From a gamma proteobacterium SCGC AAA007-O20 (GTDB taxonomy: Bacteria; Pseudomonadota; Gammaproteobacteria; PS1; Pseudothioglobaceae), in contig AFHY01000001.1 of NCBI GenBank assembly GCA_000213395.2, positions 22,227-86,226 on the forward strand: a stretch of 64,000 nt of DNA. Reading direction: 5' to 3'. Positions within the stretch are counted from its first letter, which is position 1; each line of letters opens with the position of its first letter. Of this stretch, positions 10,142 to 19,830 are shown piece after piece. Both the position numbers and the translations under genes were made by a program. The notes beneath the pieces were generated by a model, which had not been told where the DNA came from, did not search any database, and saw nothing but the letters and a program-made list of their open reading frames with translations.

Positions 10142-10957
10142 ATGCTTACATCAAATCAAATAGAAATCTTTGAAAAAAATGGATATCTGGTTATAGAAGA
10201 CTTCATTGACCAAAGACAAAGAAATCTTTTAATGCAGCGAGCAGAAGAATTAATAGATGAATTTCAACCACCCACAAAGCATTCAGTGTTTTCTACTGAC
10301 GAACAAGAAAGAACTAGTGACGATTATTTTTTAAACTCAGGCGATCAAATAAGATTTTTCTTTGAAGAAGAGGCAATTGATCAAAACGGCAACTTCACTG
10401 TCCCCAAACAAAAATCTATAAATAAAATAGGTCATGCTCAACATATTCTAGACCCCGTATACAAAGAAGTGATTAATGAGTTAAACTTTCCAAAATTAGG
10501 TAAGCAGTTGGGTATCAAAACACCAAGAGCTTTACAGTCAATGCATATCTTTAAACAACCTAGTATAGGAGGCGAAGTAAGTCTGCATCAAGACTCCTGC
10601 TTTTTGTATACAGAACCGATGAGTTGTATTGGTTTTTGGTTTGCACTAGAGGACGCAAACGAAGAAAATGGCTGCCTACAAGCAATGACTGGTGGACACA
10701 AAATTCCACTCAAAAAACGATTTCATTTATCAGAAAACGGAGGCACAGAGTTTGACCTTTTAGATGATACTCCATGGCCTGACAAACCCCTTGATATGTT
10801 AGAAGTTGAGGCAGGCACTTTGATTGTATTGCATGGACAGTTACCACATTATAGCGCCGCCAATAAATCAACTAAATCTAGACAAGCTTTTAGTCTACAT
10901 TTGGTGGATCAGGAATGCCATTATGCAGAAGACAATTGGCTTCAATCAAACCTTTAA
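10142..10957 (+). CDS. Phytanoyl-CoA dioxygenase family Fe(II)/2-oxoglutarate oxygenase (PHYHD1-like)
   Basis: NKIGHA, FKQPSIGGEVSLHQD (HxD), ALEDA..ENGCL, H..S..N.S..SR. Confidence 0.88.
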   Translation: MLTSNQIEIFEKNGYLVIEDFIDQRQRNLLMQRAEELIDEFQPPTKHSVFSTDEQERTSDDYFLNSGDQIRFFFEEEAIDQNGNFTVPKQKSINKIGHAQHILDPVYKEVINELNFPKLGKQLGIKTPRALQSMHIFKQPSIGGEVSLHQDSCFLYTEPMSCIGFWFALEDANEENGCLQAMTGGHKIPLKKRFHLSENGGTEFDLLDDTPWPDKPLDMLEVEAGTLIVLHGQLPHYSAANKSTKSRQAFSLHLVDQECHYAEDNWLQSNL

Positions 10958-10972
10958 AGAAACCCCTACATT

Positions 10973-11320
10973 ATGAAAAATAGAAAAATAACTGATATTT
11001 ATAAGGTAGATTTTTTACCTTTTGACCGATACGGTCCAGTCGTGCCAATGATGAGTTGGCACAAAATTAGTTTTGACGAAAAAACTAATTTTGGTAGCTT
11101 TATATTAAAGATGGATCCAGGTGCAAGAAGCACTCCACATACTCATATCGGTTATGAAGAGTTTTTAGTGATAGAAGGCGAACTGATTGATATAGATAAT
11201 ACGGTTTTTAAAAAAGGTGACTTTGTTACCTTTGAACCTGGCAGTAAGCATTCTTCCTATACAGAAAAAGGCGCCTTATTAATGGTCTTCCAAAGGGGTA
11301 TAAATAAACCTATCAAGTAG
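10973..11320 (+). CDS. ChrR-like cupin domain protein
   Basis: HTHIGYEEFLVIEGEL...GDF...PGSKH. Confidence 0.75.
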   Translation: MKNRKITDIYKVDFLPFDRYGPVVPMMSWHKISFDEKTNFGSFILKMDPGARSTPHTHIGYEEFLVIEGELIDIDNTVFKKGDFVTFEPGSKHSSYTEKGALLMVFQRGINKPIK

Positions 11321-12569
11321 TGTCTTGTTCTGATTGAGATTCCAATGCCTCTTCTGCAATAACTTCCATAGCAACGACACTTGGCCTCTGCCCCATAACT
11401 TGGAAGTCTGTTTGCTCAGACTCGTCAACGTTTTTGTTAATCATCATCATTATTATCACTGTAACAGCAATAACTAAATGAACAATACCCATATAGAGCA
11501 TAAACCCAAACATTTCAAAAAGTTCGAGAAAATAACTCATTGTCAAGGGTCCTAGTGCTGCAAAAACGCTAAACACAAGAACGATAGTTCCACTCGCACT
11601 GATCATTTGTTTTGGCTCCAAACGATCATTGGCTTGTGCCACACCAAGGGAATATAGTGGTAAAGTGCAGGCACCTACTAGAGCACTTAATATTAAAAGA
11701 ATTTTGCTAGTAAATTCGAATGATGTCAAAATAATGCAAATACAAATAACACTTGCACAACACAACAAAATGACTTTTCTTCTATCAATCTTGTCTGATA
11801 ACCAGCCCAGAGGCCATTGAGATGCTGCTCCAAAACCAATAAAAAGTGTCATAAAAAGTGCCGTTTCAGACACTGACAAGCCTGCCTTAACAGCATAAAT
11901 CGTTCCAACCCCAAAAAACCCAGCAGAGGCAAGTCCAGATAAGCCAATCGTTGCAACACCTGCTGGTGAAGCTTTCCATAAAGCTCTAAGGCCTAGAGAT
12001 TCTTGTACATCTGATTCTGGTGCTTTAATTTCTGTTAAAAGTATTGGTATTAATGAAACCGACAGCAAAATAGATGCTAACAAGAAAAGACTTACACCTG
12101 AAGGATCATCGACGGCAAATAAGCCTTGACCAAGTGCCAAACCTGTCCAAACAACAATCATGTGAATTGAAAAAATTTGCCCTCGATTTTCGTTTGATGA
12201 AATGGAATTTAACCAACCTTCAACTATAATCATAATGCCCGCAATACAAAATCCAGATAAGAATCGAGCTACAAACCATACTGGCGGCTCAATAAACAAA
12301 ATTTGAATCAAAATTGCCGTGGAAGCTATAGACGCATATGCAGCATATGTCCGGATTTGTCCTGTCTTTTTTATTTGTTTGGGCGCTAAAATTGAACTGA
12401 CTAATTGACCGATAAAATACCCTGACATTATCAGTCCTGTGGTCAAAACCGAAAAACCCTCAAAATCAGCACGCCAGCTACTTAGAGTACCTTGTAGACC
12501 ATTTCCTAATCCTATAAAAAGAATTCCCAGAAACAATGGCCAAGTTGTACGAAAAACATTACTTAACAT
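11313..12569 (-). CDS. MFS transporter (YcaD-like)
   Basis: About 12 TM segments; QWPLGWLSDKIDRR MFS motif; EGWLN. Confidence 0.88.
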   Translation of the reverse strand: MLSNVFRTTWPLFLGILFIGLGNGLQGTLSSWRADFEGFSVLTTGLIMSGYFIGQLVSSILAPKQIKKTGQIRTYAAYASIASTAILIQILFIEPPVWFVARFLSGFCIAGIMIIVEGWLNSISSNENRGQIFSIHMIVVWTGLALGQGLFAVDDPSGVSLFLLASILLSVSLIPILLTEIKAPESDVQESLGLRALWKASPAGVATIGLSGLASAGFFGVGTIYAVKAGLSVSETALFMTLFIGFGAASQWPLGWLSDKIDRRKVILLCCASVICICIILTSFEFTSKILLILSALVGACTLPLYSLGVAQANDRLEPKQMISASGTIVLVFSVFAALGPLTMSYFLELFEMFGFMLYMGIVHLVIAVTVIIMMMINKNVDESEQTDFQVMGQRPSVVAMEVIAEEALESQSEQDTT

Positions 12570-12703
12570 ATTAATTATTGGAGTTAAATATAATTAAAAA
12601 ATCATAAAAAACTAACTCAGTTTATTACGATATAATTTTTTAAAAAAGCGCATTTTAATATACTTTATAACCAAAATTAATAAACATTGTAAAAAGTTTT
12701 TTT

Positions 12704-12988
12704 ATGAGTACAACACCTCAAAAAAAATGGTTGATTTATATACTTGAATGTATAGACGATAGTCTCTATTGCGGTATCACAAATAACTTAGAAAAACGTC
12801 TAAAACAACACAAAGGAGAAATTAAAGGTGGCGCAAAATATACTCGCTCACATTTGCCTTGTAAATTAGTTTACAAAGAAAAATCAGCTAGTCGAAGTGA
12901 AGCTTTAAAAAGAGAGGCAATTATAAAAAAAATGTCAAAAGTTGAAAAACAAACTCTTATTAATTCCCTCAAACAAGATTTAAATTAG
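12704..12988 (+). CDS. GIY-YIG nuclease family protein (UPF0213)
   Basis: YILEC.D.SLYCGITNNLEKRLKQH..GAKYTR...EA.KRE. Confidence 0.9.
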   Translation: MSTTPQKKWLIYILECIDDSLYCGITNNLEKRLKQHKGEIKGGAKYTRSHLPCKLVYKEKSASRSEALKREAIIKKMSKVEKQTLINSLKQDLN

Positions 12989-12989
12989 A

Positions 12990-13527
12990 TTATGGCTTAC
13001 TGCCTGCTTTTTGGAGGCTATCAAGGTCACTTAAGACCATCTCCGAGTGAGTTTTTGGATCTACAGATAGATATATTTTGGCAATATTTCCTTTAGGGTC
13101 AACCATAAAGGTATTTCTTTTTGCATAGCCCAAGAGTTTGCGTAACGAATCATACAATTCAGATACTTCTCCTTTTTCATCAGCAAGTAAGGAGAATGGT
13201 AAGTTGTACTTTTCAGCAAAAAGTTTGTGTGATGCAACACTATCAAGACTAAGACCAAAAAACTACAGATTTACTTGCAATGATACGTTTTACTGCATCT
13301 CTAAAATCACAAGCTTGGGTTGTGCAGCCAGGTGTATCGTCTTTGGGATAAAAATATAATACGACCCATTGACCCTCATAATCGCTCAAAGTATGGGTTA
13401 TGTTGTTCTGATCTTGCAAACTAAAGTTTGGTGCCTTGTCACCAACTTTGAGCGCTGCAATTGAAGATGAAGAAGCTGTCAAAAGAACTGCCATTACAGA
13501 TACTGTTATGATTGATTTAAAGCGCAT
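12990..13527 (-). pseudogene. bcp: Peroxiredoxin (BCP/PrxQ) with signal peptide, +1 frameshift in a 6-nt homopolymer (13257-13262)
   Basis: [16 protein letters not shown]; removing one base restores [29 protein letters not shown]...RNTFMVDPKG, ending at TAA 12990-12992. Confidence 0.85.
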
Positions 13528-13595
13528 GAATTGAACATTATAACCTTATCAAAACTCTAAATTAATTGATAAACAGGTTGAGATTAATATAATAT

Positions 13596-13757
13596 CTAGT
13601 GTGTTCTTTTTTCTTGATTGGTGCTCTGCATAGCACTGTGGTACCAAGCCATGGCTTTTTTGAATTGACGTTCATTAATGTTATTTCTTTTGCAATAAGC
13701 ACTAGTTTTACTATCGCTTGGATTCTTGGTTGTTAACTGATTTTGTACTTGATTCAT
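13596..13757 (-). CDS. Small hypothetical protein, 53 aa (MNQVQNQLTTKNPSDSKTSAYCKRNNINERQFKKAMAWYHSAMQSTNQEKRTH)
   Basis: Read by hand, not in the ORF track; AAGGA RBS 6 nt before ATG; ATG to TAG. Confidence 0.55.
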   Translation of the reverse strand: MNQVQNQLTTKNPSDSKTSAYCKRNNINERQFKKAMAWYHSAMQSTNQEKRTH

Positions 13758-13769
13758 TCTTGGTTCCTT

Positions 13770-13866
13770 AAAAAAAAGCTTTAGCTGGCTGGTAGGAGCA
13801 ACCCGCCAGCTATAAAGCCGCTACCTCAGTTACCAAACGGAGAGTGAATGGCAAGGGTATCGAGGT
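13770..13866 (-). ncRNA. Candidate structured RNA: two GC-rich hairpins with CUCC-containing loops, ending in U8 (intrinsic terminator)
   Basis: Stem 1 ACCTC..TTGCCA-loop TTCACTCTCCGTT-TGGTAA..GAGGT (a G-U pair favours the minus strand); stem 2 GCTTTATAGCTGGC..GGT-TGCTCCT-ACC..GCCAGCTAAAGC followed by T8. Confidence 0.5.
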
Positions 13867-13896
13867 TCTTAATAAAAGCAAAATCATGTCTTGAAT

Positions 13897-14052
13897 TTAA
13901 TTATTAATGTCAACACGCTGAGCTTCAACAACATTGTTTTTAGTCATTAGAGAATTTTTCGGCACATGAGCTGTGATATCATCACTCTTAACAACCTTGA
14001 GCTTTGCTATCCTAGCACTGGCATTTGCAACTTTAAGGGGTAAACGTCGCAT
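13897..14052 (-). CDS. Small basic hypothetical protein, 51 aa (MRRLPLKVANASARIAKLKVVKSDDITAHVPKNSLMTKNNVVEAQRVDINN)
   Basis: Read by hand; AGAG upstream of ATG; lies just downstream of a TTGACA box and cre-tag-like repeats. Confidence 0.45.
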   Translation of the reverse strand: MRRLPLKVANASARIAKLKVVKSDDITAHVPKNSLMTKNNVVEAQRVDINN

Positions 14053-14121
14053 TTTTCTCTAATTAACTAAAAACAATGTCTCCATAATAGGTGATACAAA
14101 TAGATGTCAAATGTTTTATAA

Positions 14122-14148
14122 ATGAAGTTTTGGTGAAGATTACGTGAA
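14122..14148 (-). promoter_or_regulatory. cre-tag-like response regulator site TTCAC-N6-TTCAC-N6-TTCAT
   Basis: Three direct repeats at 11-bp period matching the E. coli CreB cre-tag TTCACnnnnnnTTCAC; TTGACA on the minus strand at 14110-14105. Confidence 0.75.
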
Positions 14149-14210
14149 GATTGTTTTTTTTATTGGATTTTAAATTACAATAATATCTTTTCTAATAGGG
14201 GTTTTCTTGC

Positions 14211-14876
14211 ATGCAACATATTCTGATAGTTGAAGACGATAAAACGATTGCTGAAAGTATAGCCTTCATTCTTAAACAGGACTCTTTCAGCTGTCAGTGG
14301 TTCGATAACGGTCGTGATGCCCTTAACTACGTAGAGAACAATGCAGTAGACCTTATGCTTCTTGATGTAGGCTTACCTGACATGAGCGGCTTTGATGTAC
14401 TGCGAAAACTTCGAATCAAATCAGATATACCTGTTGTCATTATTTCTGCCAGGGATGATGAATCTGACCAAGTATTAGCTCTAGAAGGATTAGGTGCTAA
14501 CGGATATATTACAAAACCCTTTAGTCCCAGATTAGTTGTTGCTCATGTGCGTTCACAACTAAGACGTGATCGTACTGGTAAAAACCCTAAATCAAAATTT
14601 AGTATTAATCAAGCCATGCAAAAAATATTATTTCATAATCAAGAGCTCACCTTGACTCAGACTGAATTCAAAATTCTGTCTCACCTCATACAGCACCCTA
14701 ATCAAGTCCATTCAAGGGATTATTTGATGAATAATATATGGGATAGACCCCACGGCTCAGATGAAAAGACAATCAATACGCACATCAAGTCTATACGTAA
14801 ACGTTTACACGAAATTGATGAAATAAATGATCCCATAGAAACTCATAGAGGTATCGGCTACAGTCTTATTGAATGA
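14211..14876 (+). CDS. creB: OmpR-family response regulator, CreB-like
   Basis: ILIVEDD, LLDVGLPDMSGF, KPFSPR, winged helix ETHRGIGY; ATGA-coupled to a CreC-like kinase. Confidence 0.75.
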   Translation: MQHILIVEDDKTIAESIAFILKQDSFSCQWFDNGRDALNYVENNAVDLMLLDVGLPDMSGFDVLRKLRIKSDIPVVIISARDDESDQVLALEGLGANGYITKPFSPRLVVAHVRSQLRRDRTGKNPKSKFSINQAMQKILFHNQELTLTQTEFKILSHLIQHPNQVHSRDYLMNNIWDRPHGSDEKTINTHIKSIRKRLHEIDEINDPIETHRGIGYSLIE

Positions 14877-16372
14877 AATACTTCAGATTAAATATTGGTA
14901 CCAAACTATTTATTCTTTACTTTGTAATCAGTAGTACTCTGGTTTGGCTTTTTGCTCATCGCACAAGTATAGAGTCTGCAAAAGAGGTGATGGTCGAAGT
15001 ATCAACCATGTTTAGCACAATCGCCTCTCAGAATATCACAGATGGTGAAATTAATCTCACTACTTTTGGAGGTATTATTTTTGACTACTTCCAGTCACCG
15101 CATGGTGATGAAAGATTACAGAATCTGGCGATTTACATTACTGACAAGGATGGCTTTCTTATCCTAGACTCTCGTGGTTTAAGCCTAGGAACAGACATGA
15201 AAGCTCATTCAGAGGTCAGCTCAGCATTGTTAGGACATCAAGGGATAAGTAGAATTTCTGCCGAATCTGTTCGCGGCCCTTGGAAGGCAAGAGGGATAAA
15301 CATAGAATATTTTTATAAACCTGAATTCTTACATGTCTCAAGCCCTATTTACGACAACAGACAAGAAGTTCAAGGGGTTCTTGTCCTTGTAGCTCCGATG
15401 CTAGACCTTATGGATAAATCCCGTTTATATTGGTTTATCTTCTATATATTTCTCCTCGCTTTGTTTTTTGGCGCATTAGGTAGCTATAGAATTTCAAGAA
15501 ATATTCAACGTGTGGAGAAATATGCTAGAGAGGTTTTCAAGGATAAAGATGTATCGATCCCTAATGTAAACGTTCAGTTTAATAAACTTGCTGTGGCTAT
15601 AGAAGAAGCTCGAAGTGATGTTGAACTTAAAGATGACGTTGAAGAATATATTGAAACACTTGCACATGAATTAAGAACTCCTATTACTGGGATTCGGCTA
15701 ACTGCAGAAAATCTGTTAATACCGACGGGCATTGAAAATTATCTTCTAGAAGAGAAAGACAATGAAAAACATAAAGAATTAACTGAAGAAGCCAAAGTTA
15801 GAAAACAATGGATTAAAACCATTCTTAAAGAAAATAAGAAAATGGATCTCCTTGTTAAAAGGTTATTAGACCTTTCCAGAATTGAAAGACGTGAAAAACT
15901 AACCAACGTAGAAACACTCAAAATCTTGTCCATAATAAAAAATGTCTTGAAAACGCCTACTCATAATCGTTTAATTGTCAGTAAAAATATCACTATAAAT
16001 CTTGACGATATAGAAAAGAAAAGCACAGTTTTTGCTGAAAAAATACTCCTAGAACAAGCTTTAGGAAATATCTTAAAAAATGCACTAGAATTTAGTCCTA
16101 AGGCTGGCATCATTAGTATTAAGTCCTCTGAATCCAATACATATGTAACAATCGTTGTACTCGATGAAGGACCGGGCATACCACCCCACGTTTCAAGCAA
16201 ACTGTTTACTCGCTTCTTCTCAGTTGCAAGGCCAGATTCAGGATCCAGAGGTACTGGCCTAGGCCTTAGATTCGTAAGGAAGATTATGCAACTTCATGGA
16301 GGAGAAATTACTTTAAAAAACCGATTATTGCAGGTGGGAGCTGAGGCAAAATTAAGATTTCCATTGAGTTAG
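14873..16372 (+). CDS. creC: Sensor histidine kinase, CreC-like
   Basis: N-terminus IGTKLFILYF; YITDKDG..ILDS; EEYIETLAHELRTP H-box; NALEFSP, DEGPGIP, RFFS..RP, GTGLGL. Confidence 0.75.
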   Translation: MKYFRLNIGTKLFILYFVISSTLVWLFAHRTSIESAKEVMVEVSTMFSTIASQNITDGEINLTTFGGIIFDYFQSPHGDERLQNLAIYITDKDGFLILDSRGLSLGTDMKAHSEVSSALLGHQGISRISAESVRGPWKARGINIEYFYKPEFLHVSSPIYDNRQEVQGVLVLVAPMLDLMDKSRLYWFIFYIFLLALFFGALGSYRISRNIQRVEKYAREVFKDKDVSIPNVNVQFNKLAVAIEEARSDVELKDDVEEYIETLAHELRTPITGIRLTAENLLIPTGIENYLLEEKDNEKHKELTEEAKVRKQWIKTILKENKKMDLLVKRLLDLSRIERREKLTNVETLKILSIIKNVLKTPTHNRLIVSKNITINLDDIEKKSTVFAEKILLEQALGNILKNALEFSPKAGIISIKSSESNTYVTIVVLDEGPGIPPHVSSKLFTRFFSVARPDSGSRGTGLGLRFVRKIMQLHGGEITLKNRLLQVGAEAKLRFPLS

Positions 16373-16501
16373 TATTTAAAAATTTCCTTACAAAATAAAA
16401 TCAATCAAAATATGGTATTCTAATTTCGTTTTTTCTGCCTCTATACAAAACTAATTTATATGGTATTATCGCAAGATTTTTAACGAAAAACTTGAGCGAG
16501 T

Positions 16502-17263
16502 ATGAAGATAATTATCCCAATTAAACGTGTACTTGATCCTTACACTCAAGCCCGGGTTAACAAACAAACTCAATTAGTTGATTTGACTAATGCAAAAATG
16601 TCAATGAACCCTTTTTGCGAGATCGCTGTTGAAGAAGCTTTAAAGATTAAAGAGAGTGGCGCTGCTAGCGAAACCATTGCTGTCAGTATTGGCAGCGAAA
16701 AAACAATAGATACTCTGAGAACCGCCTTAGCAATGGGTGTTGATCGAGCTATTTTTGTCAAAACAGACTCTGAACTTGATCTACAACCCCTTCATCTTGG
16801 CAAGATTTTGGCCAATATCGTTAAACGAGAAGAAGCTCAACTTGTTATTATGGGTAAACAGGCTGTTGATAATGATAACAATCAAACCGGTCAAATTCTC
16901 TCGGGCCTTTTGGATTATTCACTGGGAACTTTTATCTCTAAATTTCAACTAAGTGATGACGGAAAAAGCGTAGAAGTTTATCGAGAAATTGACTCGGGAA
17001 TTGAAACTAGACAGTTAAATTTACCAGCCATTGTTACTGTTGATTTGAGACTTAATGAGCCAAGATACGCCTCTTTGCCTAATATAATGAAAGCAAGATC
17101 AAAACCTTTAGAAACAATCGAAATATCAAGTTTTAACATTGATATTAGCCCTAGAGTCAAAGTTATCAGTGTTAAAGAGTCTGGAACCAAGGATAGGGCT
17201 TCAAAACAAGTCCAATCAGCTGAAGAGCTATTTGCCGAACTAATCCAGTTGGGGGTCCTGTAA
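16502..17263 (+). CDS. etfB: Electron transfer flavoprotein beta subunit
   Basis: SMNPFCEIAVEEA, GKQAVDND.NQTGQ, DLRLNEPRYASLPNIMKA. Confidence 0.95.
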   Translation: MKIIIPIKRVLDPYTQARVNKQTQLVDLTNAKMSMNPFCEIAVEEALKIKESGAASETIAVSIGSEKTIDTLRTALAMGVDRAIFVKTDSELDLQPLHLGKILANIVKREEAQLVIMGKQAVDNDNNQTGQILSGLLDYSLGTFISKFQLSDDGKSVEVYREIDSGIETRQLNLPAIVTVDLRLNEPRYASLPNIMKARSKPLETIEISSFNIDISPRVKVISVKESGTKDRASKQVQSAEELFAELIQLGVL

Positions 17264-18189
17264 TGTCTGTACTAATTTTAATCGAACTAAACGGCTCTGA
17301 AGTAAGCTCTAATAGTCGCGCTGCAATAACAGCTGCAACTCAACTTTCAGATAAAATTGACGCATTAGTGCTTACAGATGATTCGGCTAATGCTGCCTCA
17401 GTTGCTTCGCTAGATAGTATTAATAACGTAAAAGTTATTGCTGACTCAAAGTTAGAGCATGTAAGTGTTGGGGTTGCCAGTAAATTAGTAGCAGAGGTGA
17501 TGGCTGATTATAAATACCTGCTTTCCGGATCTTCTACCTATAGTAAAAATATTTTACCAAGGGTGGGTGCTCTACTAGACGTTCAACCAATATCTGATGT
17601 ATGTGAGATCAAGTCAAATAACACCTTTGTGAGGCCACTTTATGCGGGAAATATTATGGCGACTGTTGAATCGAGTGATGACACTATCGTGATGACAATT
17701 AGAGCCACTGCATTTGAACATTCTGGTGACGGAGGTTCTGCCGCCGTCGAGGAGTTGTCTTTACCCATACCTGAACAAAAATCAAACTTCATTTCTATTC
17801 AAGAATCTCAATCAGAGCGACCCGAACTAACAACAGCAGATAGAATTGTTTCAGGTGGTCGTGGTCTTGGATCAAAAGAAAATTTTGCTTTAATTGATCA
17901 ATTAGCTGACAAACTTGATGCAGCAGTTGGTGCATCAAGAGCTGCAGTAGATGCAGGCTTTATTTCAAACGATTATCAAGTCGGACAGACTGGTAAAGTT
18001 GTTGCGCCTAATCTATACTTAGCAGTTGGAATATCGGGAGCTATTCAACACCTTGCAGGCATGAAAGATTCTCAGGTGATTGTGGTCATTAATAATGACC
18101 CAGACGCACCAATGGCAAGAATGGCTGATTTGGTATGGCAGACTGATCTATTTGGTGCCTTAAAAGAGTTGAATGACCATTCCTTATAA
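17263..18189 (+). CDS. etfA: Electron transfer flavoprotein alpha subunit
   Basis: VSGGRGLGS, GASRAAVDAG, QVGQTGK, GISGAIQHLAGM. Confidence 0.95.
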   Translation: MSVLILIELNGSEVSSNSRAAITAATQLSDKIDALVLTDDSANAASVASLDSINNVKVIADSKLEHVSVGVASKLVAEVMADYKYLLSGSSTYSKNILPRVGALLDVQPISDVCEIKSNNTFVRPLYAGNIMATVESSDDTIVMTIRATAFEHSGDGGSAAVEELSLPIPEQKSNFISIQESQSERPELTTADRIVSGGRGLGSKENFALIDQLADKLDAAVGASRAAVDAGFISNDYQVGQTGKVVAPNLYLAVGISGAIQHLAGMKDSQVIVVINNDPDAPMARMADLVWQTDLFGALKELNDHSL

Positions 18190-18209
18190 CTTCTATTGGA
18201 GTTGGTTTA

Positions 18210-19829
18210 ATGGAAAGAGAGTCAATTGAATATGATGTTGTAGTTGTTGGCGGAGGGCCCTCAGGCCTAGCATCAGCGTGCAAACTAAAACAACTCAATC
18301 AAAATCTTTCCGTTTGTTTATTAGAAAAAGGCTCTGAAATAGGCTCTCACATTATTTCAGGAGCTGTTTTTGAACCTGAAACATTATTTGCTCTTTTTCC
18401 TGAAGAGGCTAGTAATTGCCCCACCCTTAATACCGCTGTTAAAAGAGATGATGTTTATTTCTTAGCTGGCAACAAAAAAAGTATCAAAGTGCCCTCTTGG
18501 CTTACACCTAAAGGATTACACAACAATGGTAATTATATAATTTCTCTAGGGGAACTCTGTCAATGGATTGGAGAAAGAGCTGTTGAACTTGGTGTCGATA
18601 TTTTTCCAGGGTTTCCTGCTCAGAATTATTTACTTGATAAAAATGGGAGAGTATGCGGAATCGCAACAGGCGATATGGGCCTAGATAAGCAGGGAAATCA
18701 AAAAGGTACCTGGACACCGGGTATGGATATCTATGCAAAACAAACTATATTTGCAGAAGGTTCAAGGGGTCACTTAGGTAAACAGCTGATCAGAGAATTC
18801 AACTTAGATGAAAACAAAACACCGCAACACTTCGCAATTGGTTTTAAAGAAATTTGGGAGGTTGATACAGATCAGCATAGCCCAGGAGATGTCCTGCATA
18901 CAATTGGTTGGCCGCTTAACAAGGGTACATCAGGTGGAGGGTTTTTATATCATTTTAGCGATAACCGAATAGCGGTTGGACTGATTGTGGACTTGAACTA
19001 TAACAATCCTTACCATAGTCCCTTTCAAGAGTTTCAACAATATAAACAACACCCTAAGATTAAACAATTCTTGGAGTTTGGTAAACGAGTTTCTTATGGC
19101 GCAAGAGCTATCACCAAAGGAGGTCTTCACTCACTCGTTAAAATGGATTTTGATGGTGGAATTATTATTGGTTGCGACGCAGGAACATTGAATCCCGGAA
19201 AAATTAAGGGCAGTCATTGCGCATTACAATCTGGAATTCTTGCTGCGGAGTATATAAATAAAGTACTTAACGAAGAGGTTTGTGATTTTGACGATATGTT
19301 TAAGTCTAGCGCCCTATACAAGGAACTTCATAAAGCTAGAAACTTTAGTAGTGCGCTTCATAAGTTTGGCTTTTATGGAGGCTCAATATACAACTTCATA
19401 GAATCAAATATTTTTCGTAATAAATTGCCATTTGAGATCAAGGATGATAAGCAAGATTGTGATTCTTTAAAGCCTTCCAAAGATTCTAAAATAAAATCCT
19501 ACGCGGCACCAGATAATGTTTTAAGTTTTGACATTACTTCTTCCTTATTTCTTTCTGGTACGAACCACGAGGAAGACCAGCCAGTCCATTTAAAACTAAC
19601 TGATGCTAAAATTCCATTGGATTACAATCTTGAAAAATATGACGAGCCGGCACAGAGATACTGTCCTGCCGGAGTCTATGAAATTATTGAAAAAGATGGG
19701 TCAGATTATTTCCAAATAAATGCCCCAAATTGCCTACACTGTAAAACTTGTGACATTAAAGACCCAGCACAAAATATTACCTGGACGCCTCCACAAGGAG
19801 GCGGAGGTCCAAATTACATCAGTATGTAG
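18210..19829 (+). CDS. ETF-ubiquinone oxidoreductase
   Basis: VVGGGPSGL, EKGSEIGSHIISGA, KIKGSH, CPAGVYE...NCLHCKTCDIKDP 4Fe-4S motif. Confidence 0.95.
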   Translation: MERESIEYDVVVVGGGPSGLASACKLKQLNQNLSVCLLEKGSEIGSHIISGAVFEPETLFALFPEEASNCPTLNTAVKRDDVYFLAGNKKSIKVPSWLTPKGLHNNGNYIISLGELCQWIGERAVELGVDIFPGFPAQNYLLDKNGRVCGIATGDMGLDKQGNQKGTWTPGMDIYAKQTIFAEGSRGHLGKQLIREFNLDENKTPQHFAIGFKEIWEVDTDQHSPGDVLHTIGWPLNKGTSGGGFLYHFSDNRIAVGLIVDLNYNNPYHSPFQEFQQYKQHPKIKQFLEFGKRVSYGARAITKGGLHSLVKMDFDGGIIIGCDAGTLNPGKIKGSHCALQSGILAAEYINKVLNEEVCDFDDMFKSSALYKELHKARNFSSALHKFGFYGGSIYNFIESNIFRNKLPFEIKDDKQDCDSLKPSKDSKIKSYAAPDNVLSFDITSSLFLSGTNHEEDQPVHLKLTDAKIPLDYNLEKYDEPAQRYCPAGVYEIIEKDGSDYFQINAPNCLHCKTCDIKDPAQNITWTPPQGGGGPNYISM

Positions 19830-19830
19830 T

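Noticed and set aside
10973-11320. Cupin as a DMSP lyase (DddK/Q/W)
   Set aside because: The pattern fits the ChrR-like cupin type; no DMSP genes nearby
12704-12988. GIY-YIG gene as a homing endonuclease or mobile element
   Set aside because: Stand-alone 94-aa UPF0213 type with no intron or DNA-binding extension
13596-14052. Small ORFs plus hairpins as a type I toxin-antitoxin system
   Set aside because: Neither peptide has a hydrophobic TM segment, and no antisense unit is evident
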